DNA of 63,281 nucleotides, filler included, from Rhabdomonas costata (GCA_019059605.1; 42 parts of 42 records of this genome joined end to end with filler, not necessarily neighbours in it); one strand, 5' to 3'. Numbered from the whole stretch's first letter, positions 48,242-61,204 are shown. The notes: generated by a model not told the origin, from the sequence alone. Numbers and translations: made by a program.

Positions 48242-49640
48242 ATCACTGCGCTGGGGATCGCTGTGCTGGTGCTGTCCTCTCGGCACATGCTGAACTCGCT
48301 GGAGGAGTCGTGGGAGAAGGGCAAGCAGGCCGTGGAGCAGCAGCGGCAGAGCTTTCATCGGCTTGTGATGGCGATGTACCCGAAATTCGCGTCGGACGGG
48401 CTGCTTCTGGCGGAGCAGGCGCAGATCGTTGTGGAAGTCGAGCAGGTGTGCCCCTGACTGTTTTCTGTCGGTCATGATGCACTAACGTTTCAAATGCTAA
48501 GACTTTGACTCTGTTGTGAAGTTCTTTCCCTTCGAATTCTTAATTATTGATTCGGTTATATCTCGTGTTGTGGGTGCTCAAATCGTTGGAGTGGAGGGTT
48601 CAGTGATACCACTGGCAGAAATGTACAACAGGGCAGTATCGTCCGGTTAGAACTGAGAGAAAGCGACCTTTTTGGAACGAGCAAACAAATTGAGGAAAAA
48701 TGAAAACTTAACTGAAATGAATCGCACTCTAACCCCATTCGACGTCTTCTGTTGTTGTAGGGTACACGTGCATCGTAACTCCATGCGAGGTCTTCTGTCA
48801 CGTGTTCTAATATTTGAAAAAAAACACTTTCACCGGAGTCCGTAAATGCACCGTAAATGGGGGGGTTCCCCATAATGCATCGGCGCCAATAGCCTTCTCA
48901 GGCGCTTCACGAAACTTGGAGCCCCAGCTGCCTCCTTTAACCGCTGCGTCGCTGGCCTTAGCCCTTAAGAGAACTCATTTACCCAAATCCCAGCCGCATA
49001 CTACTCCTGATACAGCAGTTAACAAAACACACAAATTAAAGGATCCTGAAAGGGCAAATATTTATGTATTTTTTCCATGAAGTGTTATGCACACAGACAA
49101 TTGGTATATATACTGGAGTTTTGTGGTGTGTGGTTGTAGAATGAGTGTAGTCGAACCTGCTCCTACCCAAGGAGCAGACGTCTTATCTCCGCCTGTTCAG
49201 CCACTCCATCGCTCAGATAACTAAGTGACCTCCTCGAAAGAAAACCTGGGGGCGAGCAGGGCCTGCACTCCAGTGCTCTCCGATCGCGCAATGCTCAACT
49301 TCGGCCTTCCCACCGCACCGCTGGCGTCGCATTCCCTTACAGCGCGCACGCATCGAGGGCACCCCTCCTTCATTGTGAATGTTGGCCTTCCGGTGACGTT
49401 TCCGTGGGGTTATGTTGCAGCGATGGGGTCCTATTTCCTTCTGTGACCTTGTTATTCGTTATCCAACGCCATTCACCACCACGTCCGATGGGGGTTTGTG
49501 TGAGTGGCTTTTTCACCACAGGCCACGGTGCTCTTCTCGGACATCTGCAGCTTCACGGCACAGACCAACACCATCACCGCCAGCGCGCTGCTGGAGTGGC
49601 TGGGGTACACGTTTGGGGTGATGGACCACGTTGCTCGGTA
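48242..49640 (+). CDS. Membrane-anchored class III nucleotide cyclase fragment
   Basis: Exon 48242-48445 has a TM end, a helical linker and MYPKF. Exon from 49522 reads ATVLFSDICSFT.....LLEWL..TFGVMD. Confidence 0.88.
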
Positions 49641-50136
49641 TAGCTCAAACCCCCCNNNNNNNNNNNNNNNNNNNNNNNNNNNNNNNNNNNNNNNNNNNNT
49701 TAATTAATTAANNNNNNNNNNNNNNNNNNNNNNNNNNNNNNNNNNNNNNNNNNNNTGTGGTTGGTCGGGAAGAGGTGGACGTTTTTTTTTGTTATGGTGG
49801 TTCTGGCGCGTCGTGAGCGCTTGCAGCGGCTGCGTTCAGCAACAAACAGTCAATTCACGAGAAGGAACGTGAGAAAGACCTGTGGTGGAATACAAATGAA
49901 TAGATTTCAGTGGAAGCTCACGGAAGTGGACTTCCCTCACAAACGGGGTGCCAATTGTGATAAAGTCTTAAAATCTTTATAGGAAATGTTTGGTAGAGAG
50001 ATGTCGTTTCACTTCCGAAATGAGTTATTGATGTTTTGACCTGCACTTTCCTTGAACGTTTTTTTGTGGCTGATTTCTCTGCTTTACTTGTGTGTTTGCC
50101 TGGTCGTGCTTCCTTTGATTCCTGCGGTGTGTTCAG

Positions 50137-50349
50137 CTGCCGGTGAAGTGCACTTTCACCTCATACAAGGCCTTCGTAATGCAGGACGTCTACCGCTGCC
50201 TCAGCTGTAGCGTGGACGGCTTTGAGCGAGGAATTTGCGAGGACTGTGCTCGTTGCTGCCACAGGGGGCACCGCGGGGTCGAGCTGGTGACCAGAACGCT
50301 TTTCAGCTGCGACTGTGGAGCGTATGGACATCGGATGGGGCCACCATAG
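50137..50349 (+). CDS. UBR-type zinc finger exon
   Basis: CTF......Q.VYRC.SC......IC..C...CH.GH.......F.CDCG. TTCAG acceptor; ends at the stop 50349 or a donor near 50322. Confidence 0.85.
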   Translation: MPVKCTFTSYKAFVMQDVYRCLSCSVDGFERGICEDCARCCHRGHRGVELVTRTLFSCDCGAYGHRMGPP

Positions 50350-50987
50350 CGCTCCGGAGGCTTAGGTGCATCTTCGCGATTTTTTTCTCGGGCTCTTGTT
50401 GCCATCCATGGAGGATTGCAGCATGCCAACCCAGAAGCCATGTCTTGTGTGGCTCTGTGGTCGGGCAGCAGCTGTCTTTGCACATCGCTGCTGTGTATTT
50501 TTTATTGAGTGCATGGATTTGTGCAGCCCAACCCTAGTGTGAATGTTGTTGTGTTATCTGCTTTTCTTTTGCATCCAGTCTTCAGGAACTACTGCGTTGA
50601 ATCTTGCTCGCTTCGGGCTCGGGGTTCTTGCCGCCAAAGGTGCCACCAACCAGGCAGCATATTAGACCACTCGTGATGCAACTACGAAACTTTTTCGAAA
50701 TAAAAATTGTTGGACTTCCGATTGGATTTGTGCAATTTCTCCCTTTGTTCCCGAGATGGATGGGAGGTCTCTGAGAGTTCAGATGGCAAGAATGTCTTGG
50801 GCCTTGTTTTTCTGTGAGAACGCGCCTGCGCCTGTTCGGCAGGTCAGCCACGGGATGTACAGCAGTATCTGATACCCTCTGCCTTGATACCTCACTTTTA
50901 AGGGGGTACACTGTTGTCCTTGTTCTTGACAATGACGGTTGCCGAAGCCTTTGCGGTGGCCCTTGGGCGCGAGCTGAGCGAGGCGGA

Positions 50988-51169
50988 GGTGGAGCTGCTG
51001 CTTCGTTTGACACCATAGGGCATGGCGAAAGTCAACACAGACACAGCCAAAGGTGTGATGACCCGTCAGGAGATTTCTCATTCAGGTCTACAGTGGCGAC
51101 TACATTTAGCGATGACGTGTGTTGACTTTCGCCATGCCCTATGGTGTCAAACGAAGCAGCAGCTCCACC
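50988..51169. repeat. Perfect 52-bp inverted repeat ending at the contig terminus
   Basis: 50988-51039 is the reverse complement of 51118-51169. Confidence 0.93.
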
Positions 51170-51272
51170 CNNNNNNNNNNNNNNNNNNNNNNNNNNNNNN
51201 NNNNNNNNNNNNNNTTAATTAATTAANNNNNNNNNNNNNNNNNNNNNNNNNNNNNNNNNNNNNNNNNNNNTT

Positions 51273-51485
51273 TTGGATGAAGAGCTAAGTTCTTCTATGA
51301 GCGGTGGAGCTGCGGAATGGGTTAGGCCCTCTCAGCTCTCCGAAGTGACAGAAAACTACCTGGAGCGTGGTGCTTCTGTCAAGAATGGTAATCTCTCTAT
51401 CGGAGTCACGGTGGTCGAATCCTTCGAGCAGAGATACTGCGCTGAGTGTGGCACCCAGACCAATGATGGAAGCCTCATCCCTCAA
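51273..51485 (+). CDS. Exon resembling the C-terminal end of a MATH/TRAF domain
   Basis: G..EWV..SQL.....NYL.......NL.IGVTV pattern; CAA|GTATGA donor. Confidence 0.45.
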
Positions 51486-52582
51486 GTATGAGTTCCCAGC
51501 TTTCTGAGAAGGCGTCACATAAAAGTTCATAAAGGGTTTTATCTATCATACATGTTCGGGATACTTTTATTAACAGGCCTAGTCTTGAGATTCGCCCCGT
51601 GAGGCAGGGCAAACCGGGCCATTCCAGCCACCGGGCAATTGCCCGGCAATTTGGGGCAAGCAGGGCCAAGTAGGGGGCAATCGGGGGTCTAAGGCGGCAC
51701 CTTGCCACACCTTGGTGGGACCAACAAGATAGTCTGCAGACCGCAGGCGCAGGAGGCGTGGGTGTCGTGTCCACAAGTGTAGGAGGGCGGCGGAGTTGTG
51801 GCGAGAAGTTGCTGGGTGGAAAGTCTCGAAGAGTGGGTTTTGACTGCGGTTTGTGTCAACAACTGCTCCCCCAACACCCGAGCTTTCGTGACCTTGAAAT
51901 GAAATATGATATTTTGACTTTTTTTTTTGAAGAAAGGCGAACGAGGGTGCCAAAAATGTTAGTCACCAAGTGCCATACAATGCTAGACGGAGTGACACTC
52001 TTTCTGAATTCTGACTCGTGATGTTTTCTGTTGCTTTTTGGGCTAGGGCCAAATTAGTACTGTGAGATCCCAAAGGCCGACACGACAGCATCACTTGAAC
52101 ATCACTTGATTTTTGGGTGGGCCTGCTGTGCTTCTTCTCTCCAAGGAAAAGAGGCCGAAGAAGCTCCTCGCCCAAGTTTGCATGTTGCAGGTGTCTTGAT
52201 TTTGGCTTTCTCCTTCACCTTTTCGTTCGCGCATTTTTTCATGGTTAGATTTCCCACGCATCTTCCCGGCTCTTGGATTCCGCAGCGTGCGGAAGAGATC
52301 TCAGATGGATTGATTGGATAATGAAAGCACAAAGACTGATAATACCGGCCCCCCATCTCTCAGCTGCTGATTTCTCTATACTTTTTTTGTTTTCTCCAGA
52401 CTGTCTTTGTGTGTGTGATTGCCCAGCAGAAACTAGAGCGAGACACCACCCCGATGAATGACGGCCGACGCCTGAAGTGCGCGGAGGAGAGGAATGGCAA
52501 ACAGAGCGGAGAGAGCCATAGAGGAGGAGACCAGAGCCAGAGAGGGATGGGAATGGCTGGAATGGACCGAGGAGCGAGAAAC

Positions 52583-52660
52583 GGAAAGAGTGGAGAAAGC
52601 GACAGTGGGAAACCGTGGAGATCGCTACGGTTTCCCACTGTCACTTTCTCCACTCTTTCC
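52583..52660. repeat. 34-bp near-perfect inverted repeat, 10-nt loop
   Basis: GGAAAGAGTGGAGAAAGCGACAGTGGGAAACCGT (52583-52616) pairs with 52627-52660 with one mismatch. Confidence 0.92.
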
Positions 52661-53185
52661 TTTTTGTTTGGCACAACACACACACNNNNNNNNNNNNNNN
52701 NNNNNNNNNNNNNNNNNNNNNNNNNNNNNTTAATTAATTAANNNNNNNNNNNNNNNNNNNNNNNNNNNNNNNNNNNNNNNNNNNNGGTCTGAATTTTTAT
52801 GCAATCTGGAATCCTTTCGTGCATCCCTCGTTTCAGAGCAGACGGCATAGTTGGGCCTCAAGGCTTTGGAGTGCAACTGGCGTGGAACGCGGTTTTTTGT
52901 GCTTTCTCCCTGCACCACTGAGTGTGATGGTCAATGAGGAGAGAGTACGGTGCGGGAAACTCCCGCTCTTTGGGTTCGAGAAGCATACCCAGTCCATGCC
53001 GGGAGGACGCGCCGTGAGTACAACAACAGTGAGCACATTTTTGGGGCTGCAAGGATGGCGAAGAATCAACAACAAAAAATCACAAAAAGGCCCCAGTTCA
53101 CAAGCTCGTGCCCATTCACTCTTGGTGTTAATCAAAACACTGCGCCGCCACTGCCACCACCACCACCAGTACCACCCAAACTGAC

Positions 53186-53242
53186 CTGTGGCTTATTGGA
53201 CTGGAAGAAGCTGGAGATAGCGCTCTGCTTCTTCGCAGGCAT
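53186..53242 (-). CDS. First exon with N-terminal PCNA-interacting PIP box (DNA replication/repair protein)
   Basis: MPAKKQSAISSFFQSNKPQ fits QxxIxxFF; CAG|GTCAGT donor. Confidence 0.6.
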
Positions 53243-56200
53243 TGCGCGAGCGATCCTCAAAACCAAAATAAAATGCAACGAGCTGCGAACGGTGAACCTA
53301 TCCTCTAACACACACACATGAACAGCACCATCACAATGTCCTTGGCCCATTTTTGACAGCAGGTTCTGATGACGGGAATTAGTGATCGTCCACCCTACAG
53401 TCAGTGCGATCTGCTGAAAAAGTAAAACCGAATTCGGATCAAGGGACACAGAGAGATTGTGAATATCAGGAACCACCCAAATGCTGAGCTGAATTTCAAT
53501 CGGTCTGTAAAGCAATATCCTCACAACCGGGCACGGAAGGTCTCACTTGGCACTTGCACCACATTTCATCAGACACAATGTGCACCCCTGTGATCTCGTC
53601 ATTGTCACAAGGCAGAGTCCGCTTCGGCTAGCTCTGCAATCGCGCGCTTCGCAGGCTTAAGACGCAAAAATCTGAGAAGGGCAAGCAAGGACACGAAAGC
53701 ATCAGCATCGTGAGTCGCAGAAAGCATCAGCATCGTGCGTCACTTTCAGGCAATGCTCGAAAGAAGGTTTATTTTTTTGGGGGAGGAGGTACAGACAGTG
53801 CGCCAAAGCTCGGTGCTTTCGAGAAGAAAAGCTACGACAGAAAGGGCTTGCATATTTTGGTTGCTGAAAATGGAATCTAGTGACCACACTCGGTGACATA
53901 CACGTTTCTTTCCACGAGGTTGTTCTGCATGACTACAGGATGCAGCATTCAGCTCAGTGATGCTGAATCCAAGTAAGCAACTCATGGGTGTTACCGCTGC
54001 GCTAAAAAAGAAAGAGACAGCATCATTCTGAATGGCACTCAAACATTGGCAATTGGCAGGTGAGTAACGTCGATTTGGTTAAATAAAAATCCATTGGTGT
54101 TTGGAAAAAGTTTGCCATACAACTTGTTGCAGCAGGATGCTAATGGCACATGCTGCAGTGCGAAAATAAAATAAACTAACCAGGTCATCCTGCATCTCCG
54201 NNNNNNNNNNNNNNNNNNNNNNNNNNNNNNNNNNNNNNNNNNNNTTAATTAATTAANNNNNNNNNNNNNNNNNNNNNNNNNNNNNNNNNNNNNNNNNNNN
54301 GGGAGTGGGGGGCCTTGTTGTTCATCGGTTCGACAGGTGAAAGGGAAAAGTGTGAGTGTTGAGCACCAGCGTCGCGGAGCGATTGGACTTCCAGTTCAAA
54401 CTAACTCCACAACGCCACAAAGCACAAACCAGCAAAGGCAGGCCGTAACTGCGGCCGACCGCTGGTGGTAACAATCCGTGCACTACCGGCAACATACCAC
54501 GCGGAGCAACCATAACTTCAGTCGGTGAAAGGTTTCATGATCTAAAGCGTCTCGAAACCTAACGGGAATTACGTATGTGCATGTATTATCTGTAACACTG
54601 GGCAGACGAAACAACGTGTGTACAAGAGACTAGGCGCCTTGCCTCCTGCCCACTCCAAGCACCGATAGCCGAAGACGTGCGGTCAACCCTAATGGCCAGG
54701 GATAACAACCAAAACGGTTAAGAAAAACACGTAAAGGGTGGGAATGCGCGAGAAGTGTGTCTCCAGATGACTAAATGGCACAGGTTGGTAAACGTTACAA
54801 ACGCGGTTGACAAGGACAGGACACTCACGACCCAAAAAAAAAGTAAATCCGTCAATCTACCGGAACCTTAGTATCCATACATCCCACGAGAGGGGGGTGT
54901 TTGAGTTGCTGCAACGCAACAAGCGAGTAAAAACGAGTAATGCAAAAGAAAAGGAGACAGCGGAAGTGGTACGGTACAGCGAACAAAAGGGGAGGAGCAC
55001 AGGAGGACCAAGCATGGCCAATAGCAGCTGTACATACAGTATAAAGGGGCTGGGCAGGCCTCATGGAAAAAGGGTTGCAGCGACGGGTGATCTTCTTATC
55101 TCTCGCGTGCACACAGGGCCAATATCAACAAGGCCAACCCAGCGAGCGCAGTGCCCCCCGCATTCTTCCCAGTCATCCAAAAAGTCTACGACGAGAGGGG
55201 CACCGCGGCAGTGTTTCTTGAAGGGCAGAGACATCCAGGTAAAGGTCTTCGTGCCGGACCAAAGAAAGAGGAATCCTAAAGAATCCTCGGTGCGGTCGTT
55301 CTCTGACTCGTTCACACCGACAGACCCATACTCAATCTCTCAGGAGCCTTGGCTCCACCCAAAACAGCAAGTCGCGCACACAGACAACCGGGGGCTTTTG
55401 TTCCCTCAGGGGCCCCATAGGAAAGTTCCGGCAAATGCACAAGAAACAGGAATACTTCCGGAGATACAGGCTCTGCCCCGCCGAAGAAGATGAAAGTACA
55501 GCACACCGGCAACGCACCTGCAGCCCACCAATAAAATATGTTGACCAAAGCAGCACCCCAGGTTGAAGCACCCAAGGGCCTTCAGGGGACCGGATTAGAT
55601 TAATGGAGGGGGACATCATACGCTATAACGGTGACGGACAAAACCCAAACCAGGCGGGCCCGGCTCCCCAGACACACTTCAGTTTGACCTCTTCACTTCT
55701 ATTGCCAACCCAACNNNNNNNNNNNNNNNNNNNNNNNNNNNNNNNNNNNNNNNNNNNNTTAATTAATTAANNNNNNNNNNNNNNNNNNNNNNNNNNNNNN
55801 NNNNNNNNNNNNNNGGGGGGGGGGGGGACGGGAAGCTTGTCAGCGGTGACGGTGTTTCCAGTGGTAACATAAACCTGCCTCTTTTTTTTCTTTTGCTAAA
55901 TTAACTTGAAACCGGTCAGGCAAACATGCCAGCACTCGAAATGCCTCTAGTTTTTTGTCTATGGGGGTAAGAGTACATCGCAGAACACGACAGCTAGCAA
56001 AGGACTCGCCAAGGGATGGGACATGGATATGGCCGGACGAGTCGGACAGCATTCTTACAGGGGCAAACGCCAGTAGCACGGTGGCCGGAGCAGCCCACCG
56101 CGCGGTCGGAGCGGGCGGTTGGGGCGGGGGCGCGACCTGGAGGTCTTAAACCATTTTTAATATGCTCCCACAAAAATTGTTACCATCGGTAACGGTATCC

Positions 56201-56595
56201 CCCACCTCGCCCCAAGCTCCAGAGCAACCTTCGCGTGCAGAACCCGGTACCGGCGGATAGAGGTGGGGGAAAACCTCGCAGGGTATCTGGCACATTGCAC
56301 CCCCCGCGTTGTTGAGTGCAGCTCGGTGGAGTCGCTGCACTTCCTATCCGATCCATGTGATTGACGGTGATCTTTTATTGTTTGCCCTGCAGGTTCCTGT
56401 GCAAGTAATCCAAAATATCCCATGTACGTATGCGCAGTGAGAGCCGCGGAGGAACTTCTCTATCAGCTCCACTCCCAAAAGCCATTCGCATCGAAAGGTC
56501 GTGTGTTGGGGTTAGCACCTATGGCATTGTCGGGTCGGGGCCGCTTCTGGTGCCTCTTCTTGTCATTGGAGCGCCACGGTCTCTGTGTCTCGCAG

Positions 56596-56839
56596 GCGGA
56601 GAAGCTTCGAGAGAGGCCCGTGGTGCATTCGAACCCTGCCTTCTCTCGAGTCCTTGGCCTAATGCTCAATGAGAGCTCGCCTTCCGGGGGAGCACCCCTT
56701 CAGGTCCCGCGGGTGGACGTGCCCCCCTCCGCTGGAGCGCTGTCTGCTGGGGTTCCTCACCCTCGGGTGGTGTTGCCGCAGCTTAAGTCGCGCACCGTGG
56801 AGGCTGCGGCTTGCGGCGCAGTTATGCTTGTGTACAATG
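56596..56839 (+). CDS. CgeB-like glycosyltransferase paralogue exon
   Basis: LRERPVVHSNPAF...LPQLKSRTVEAAACGAVMLVYN matches the 28924-30004 gene (RKRPILYDHPAF...LPQIKSRTFEAAMCGALMLVYN). Confidence 0.8.
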
Positions 56840-58479
56840 GTGTGCAGATTTGCGTGGTGTCTGCCAGAATCGTCTACTGACATTCTCGCTCTGGCTGCAC
56901 TGATACCTACCCGTCTCATTGATGATTAGGACCTTGCGGAACTTTTACACAGAGGGACACATGCTCTATCATTATTTTTGCTCGCTCCCTGCGTGCATTT
57001 GTCAGCGTGACATCCTTTCCTGCTACACGTCGGTTTCACTTGGCCTGTTGGTTTTCATTTGTTTGTTTCATTGAAATTCTAATTTATCGTAACAGGAGCA
57101 ATGGCGACGTGGCTTCTTTGTGGTACTGAGGCAAGAAATGGCCGGACCGTAAATTATGAATTTGTGGCGCTTTTCCAGAAGCCCGGTATCGCAGAATATC
57201 CTCCGTGTGCCTCGCTGCCCCCAACCCNNNNNNNNNNNNNNNNNNNNNNNNNNNNNNNNNNNNNNNNNNNNTTAATTAATTAANNNNNNNNNNNNNNNNN
57301 NNNNNNNNNNNNNNNNNNNNNNNNNNNGGGGGTGACCAATGCGGTGTTCAGAATGGGTGTGAGCTGCGCTCGTGCGCCTTTTCGTTAGAGAGGGGATGCC
57401 AAGGAAAGGAGTGCCCGTACTTTCCGTATGCGTCTTTGTGTTTGCTCTGAATTCAAACCCGGCCTTGGCGACAGCCAGTCGAAGCGAAGCGACATGCTTC
57501 GTCGCCCCGGAGGGAGCATGCATGTCGCAGGAACCTGTAAGGTCCGAAAAGCCGACGTGCTTCAGTGGAACTGAATAAAGAACGAGTCAGCTGGAACGAG
57601 GCTGCAGAACTTCGAGAAAGAGATGCGGACAGGGAGCGTGGAAAAAAAGCATGCAGGTATAGTTGTTAAGGGCGGTGTCCAAAGAGGTTTAACGAGGTTT
57701 GAACCACAGTGGGCGCGATGATAAAGATGCAGGCGGGGGAGCCGATGCCGGTGAGGGCAGACCGTTGGGAGCGAGACCATTGAGAAAGGATACAAGAGCC
57801 CACGACGACAGAAATGCGTGCGTCGATGTACTGCTCAAGGTACGTTGGGAGTGATTGGGGTGCCCTCCGTGCAAAGGCGGCCATCATTGTGTGGGTGCGC
57901 GTAAGCTCGGTGACTGGGCAGAGATTCTGAGGTGTGTCGTGGGCAACCTTGTAGGGTTTGTGGGCTTACTGGAGAGATATTGTCCTTCACTTTAAAACTG
58001 AGAACTGTCCATTGAATGAGAGCATTTCGGACTTAATAGGGAAAAGCAACGACTTTGGATGACCTGGTTCCAGTGCACTCGCCCAGTCTGACAGTGTGCT
58101 GTCCCTTGATGTCTGTATGGTGGAAGGAACGGCGCAAAAGGGAAACTTAGGAGCATTACAACTGGCCGAGGGTGAAAGATCGGAAACCTTGATCTCAAGT
58201 TCCGGCCGCGCTCAGCGTTTTGAGGGGGAGGGGACTGGTGTATGAGTGCAAAAGACCCCTTTTTACGTTGCCCACTTCGTTGCAATGACGCGGATGTTTT
58301 TTTCGTTGATTTCTTGTCTCTCTTTCTAAACTCTCGTTTTTAATCCAAAGCGAGCCATACCCGATACAATCCAGCCCTGGTGCTGTTGCGGCCTTCATCC
58401 TTCAGTTCTTGCTCTCGTTCTCTTCAGCGTGATCTTAACGTGGCAGTTTTTCGGTTATTGAGGAGGGGGGGTACAACAG

Positions 58480-58590
58480 CAAATTTACTTCCTTCTTGCC
58501 GAACATTCACCTGCCCTTCTGGGGCTGCCCCGAAGAGCGTCAGTCTGATGTGCTCCACCCACATCTGCAAGGCGGAGGAGTGCTGTCTGC
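58480..58590 (+). CDS. Six-cysteine module exon (phase 1-1)
   Basis: CRTFTCPSGAAPKSVSLMCSTHICKAEECC. ACAG acceptor, GTATGC donor, 111 nt. Confidence 0.65.
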
Positions 58591-58841
58591 GTATGCTGTC
58601 TGTCTTGCGTGGGATTTGGGCGAGACCAGGAAGGGGCCTTGCGGTGCCGTTTTTTACCCCTTTTGCAAGGGTCTTTCTCGCAAAGAGACATAGATTGGAC
58701 CTTATGTCGTCGCTGCTGCAGAGTCACATGTGAAATTTTTCNNNNNNNNNNNNNNNNNNNNNNNNNNNNNNNNNNNNNNNNNNNNTTAATTAATTAANNN
58801 NNNNNNNNNNNNNNNNNNNNNNNNNNNNNNNNNNNNNNNNN

Positions 58842-60238
58842 CAGAGCCGATCGCGGAGATCCGCTGCATGCATGTCCCGCGGTCGGGGTGGACGTACCGC
58901 TCCGAAAACACTTGGGCGCACACCGAGGCGAAGCTGACCATCCGGAAGCAGTGCGTGCCTGGCTCCGCTCCACTTCCAGGAAGGCCAGCGATGGCAAAGT
59001 AGGCATCGCCGATGGTCTTCACCTGGGAGTAAACGTGGACGCCCAAGGTAAAGAGTTCGGTACGGATGGTCATCTTGATGGATCACCGAATGGTTCAATG
59101 GCTAGTGACACCCTGAGTGCCGTTGCTTTCACAGGACCTCCTGATCTCAGATTCACAAGTCGACTCTGAAAACCCAACTCCATGCAAATAAGGCATGGTC
59201 GGGGACACGATAAAAATTCTTCTCATAAAGAAACATAGTTTGCAGGAGGTTTCCTTCAACAGATATAGACAAATAGACAGACAGACAAAGAAATACTTCA
59301 CAGACGTTTCCGTTTCCGTCTCCGTTTTTGTACGTGGGGCCCATACCTGCACTTGCCGCCCAGCTCTCAACTCATGTGCTATGACGACGTGCGATGAGGT
59401 CATCATTGATGCGTTCCTTGCGTGAAAGTCGAGTTCAGGCTTTCAGCAAAGTCGGTTGCCCTTTGCGGGTGGTTGCGAATGCTCCGAAGAAGAAGTTGCG
59501 GGTGCGAGTCAGTGGATGCAGAACAGGCTCGTTTGCAGTGTGGGGGCCGCTCCAGGTGACACCCTTTTTTCCTAGCGTTCTCCATATTTCGCTTGTGAGT
59601 CAAAGAGGACTCATGTTGGTACTTCGCAAAGTGAGTAGTCATACCACACGGGTATTTTGCAATCAGCACGACATCTAAACATGGGGGTGGGAGGATAGCT
59701 GGCAATGCGCTTGAGGAGCAGTTTTTGGCTGTTCTTGGGCGGAACCCTTCTGCCGACCAAATTTCTTGGCGGTAGCGGAAAAAAAGAGTGGGGTCCTTTT
59801 GCCTTCAAAGAGGAGGAAGAATCGGACAAACTCATTTTTAGGACTGAGCAAGAAGTAATCTAAAAATGAAGAAGTAATGAAGAAGCTAAGACATCATAGA
59901 GGAAAAAGGGCAAGGCGAGGAAAATTCTTTTTTGCAGTTTCTTTTTGCAATTTTTTTTTGCAAGATCCGGGGATTCACTTTTTGCGATTTTACCCAATCC
60001 ATTTTTTTGCAAATATAAAAACAAAGGCGGGCAAAACAAAGGCCGACAGTAGAACTCCCCACCCGTCCTCAGGGATCAAGGGGCCACAGGAAACAGGAGA
60101 CACCTTGTAGACGTGGTAGTACTCAGCCACCCCGTCCATCACTCCAAAGGTGTATGCCAGCCACTCCAACAGCGCATCAGGAGAGACCATGTTCGAGGTC
60201 ACGGTAAAGTTGTGAATATCCGAGAACAGGATTGCGAT
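58842..60238 (-). CDS. Class III nucleotide cyclase fragment, two exons
   Basis: Exon 60238-60104 ILFSDIHNFT.....LLEWL..TFGVMD....YHVYK; exon from 59022 VKTIGDAYFAIAGLP. Confidence 0.93.
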
Positions 60239-61204
60239 CTAAACACAAAAACNNNNNNNNNNNNNNNNNNNNNNNNNNNNNNNNNNNNNNNNNNNNTTAA
60301 TTAATTAANNNNNNNNNNNNNNNNNNNNNNNNNNNNNNNNNNNNNNNNNNNNGTGGTGGGTGTGTTTGGGGGTGGTGGGGGGGGGTATAATGGATGGTCG
60401 CGCCATCGTAGCATCGTTGTCTTTCTGGAACGTTAAATTGTGCAAAAAGCAGAGGGAAGGGGACTTGTCGAATATTTCAACCACAGGAAGCGAAGGCATT
60501 CCATTTCAAGGAACCTTGGATAACGTTTTCCTCGTGTGGGCGCGTCCAGAGCGAACTTAACGAATCGAGGTGGGTCCGCTCAGACAGAGTTGAGCGACTG
60601 GTTCCCCATAGTTGCCGCGTTGCCCCGTACTCCGCGTCGCATCCCTTCACGTTCGAAGGAAGACGCTCCTCTTCTCCTGAAAGACCTCCACCTCTGCCAC
60701 CAACTCGTTCGAGTGCTCGCTCAGTAACCACTCACCCTCGCATACGACGATTCGGCCCTTCCCCCCTTTCGTCACTAGTGGAGTGGTCTAATGACGCGGC
60801 AGAGCTCATCTTTCGATAATTGCACAATGATGTTCATCTGAGTGAAATCGCAGGAGTGGAAGAAGCTTTATAGACTATTTGGATGGATCGCGGTCGGCCA
60901 CGCCAAGTGACGATTAGAATCCTGTCCTTGAGAAACCTCAGGATGCTGCGACGTTAGCGCACCTTTCTTGCGTGTGCTGACCAGAGATTCGGCTTTTTGC
61001 CCCTGGTTGTGCTGCTGCTGCACGGTTAGAATCCTGTCCGGGAGAAACCTTTGGTTGCTTTCTTTAAGTGACCGTGGAGACTTGCTGCTTTTGGTTTCCC
61101 CGATCACACGCACTCCCACTATTTCAACCTTCGCAGAAAAGGTTGCTTCAGCACTTTCCCACTCTCTTTCCACCTTATCCCTTCGAAAAAGCCTTCGTCC
61201 CAAC

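Noticed and set aside
50988-51169. 52-bp perfect inverted repeat as a transposon TIR or RNA hairpin
   Set aside because: The second arm runs to the contig end with no mismatches, as expected for a fold-back amplification chimera.
55061-55575. Possible DIRS-like RT remnant (LGF...FTWMSLPF)
   Set aside because: One short motif without the flanking RT motifs in order; not supportable without a profile search.
60771-60840. GAGTGGTCTAA tRNA D-loop-like motif
   Set aside because: No T-loop (GTTCRA) or cloverleaf at the proper spacing.
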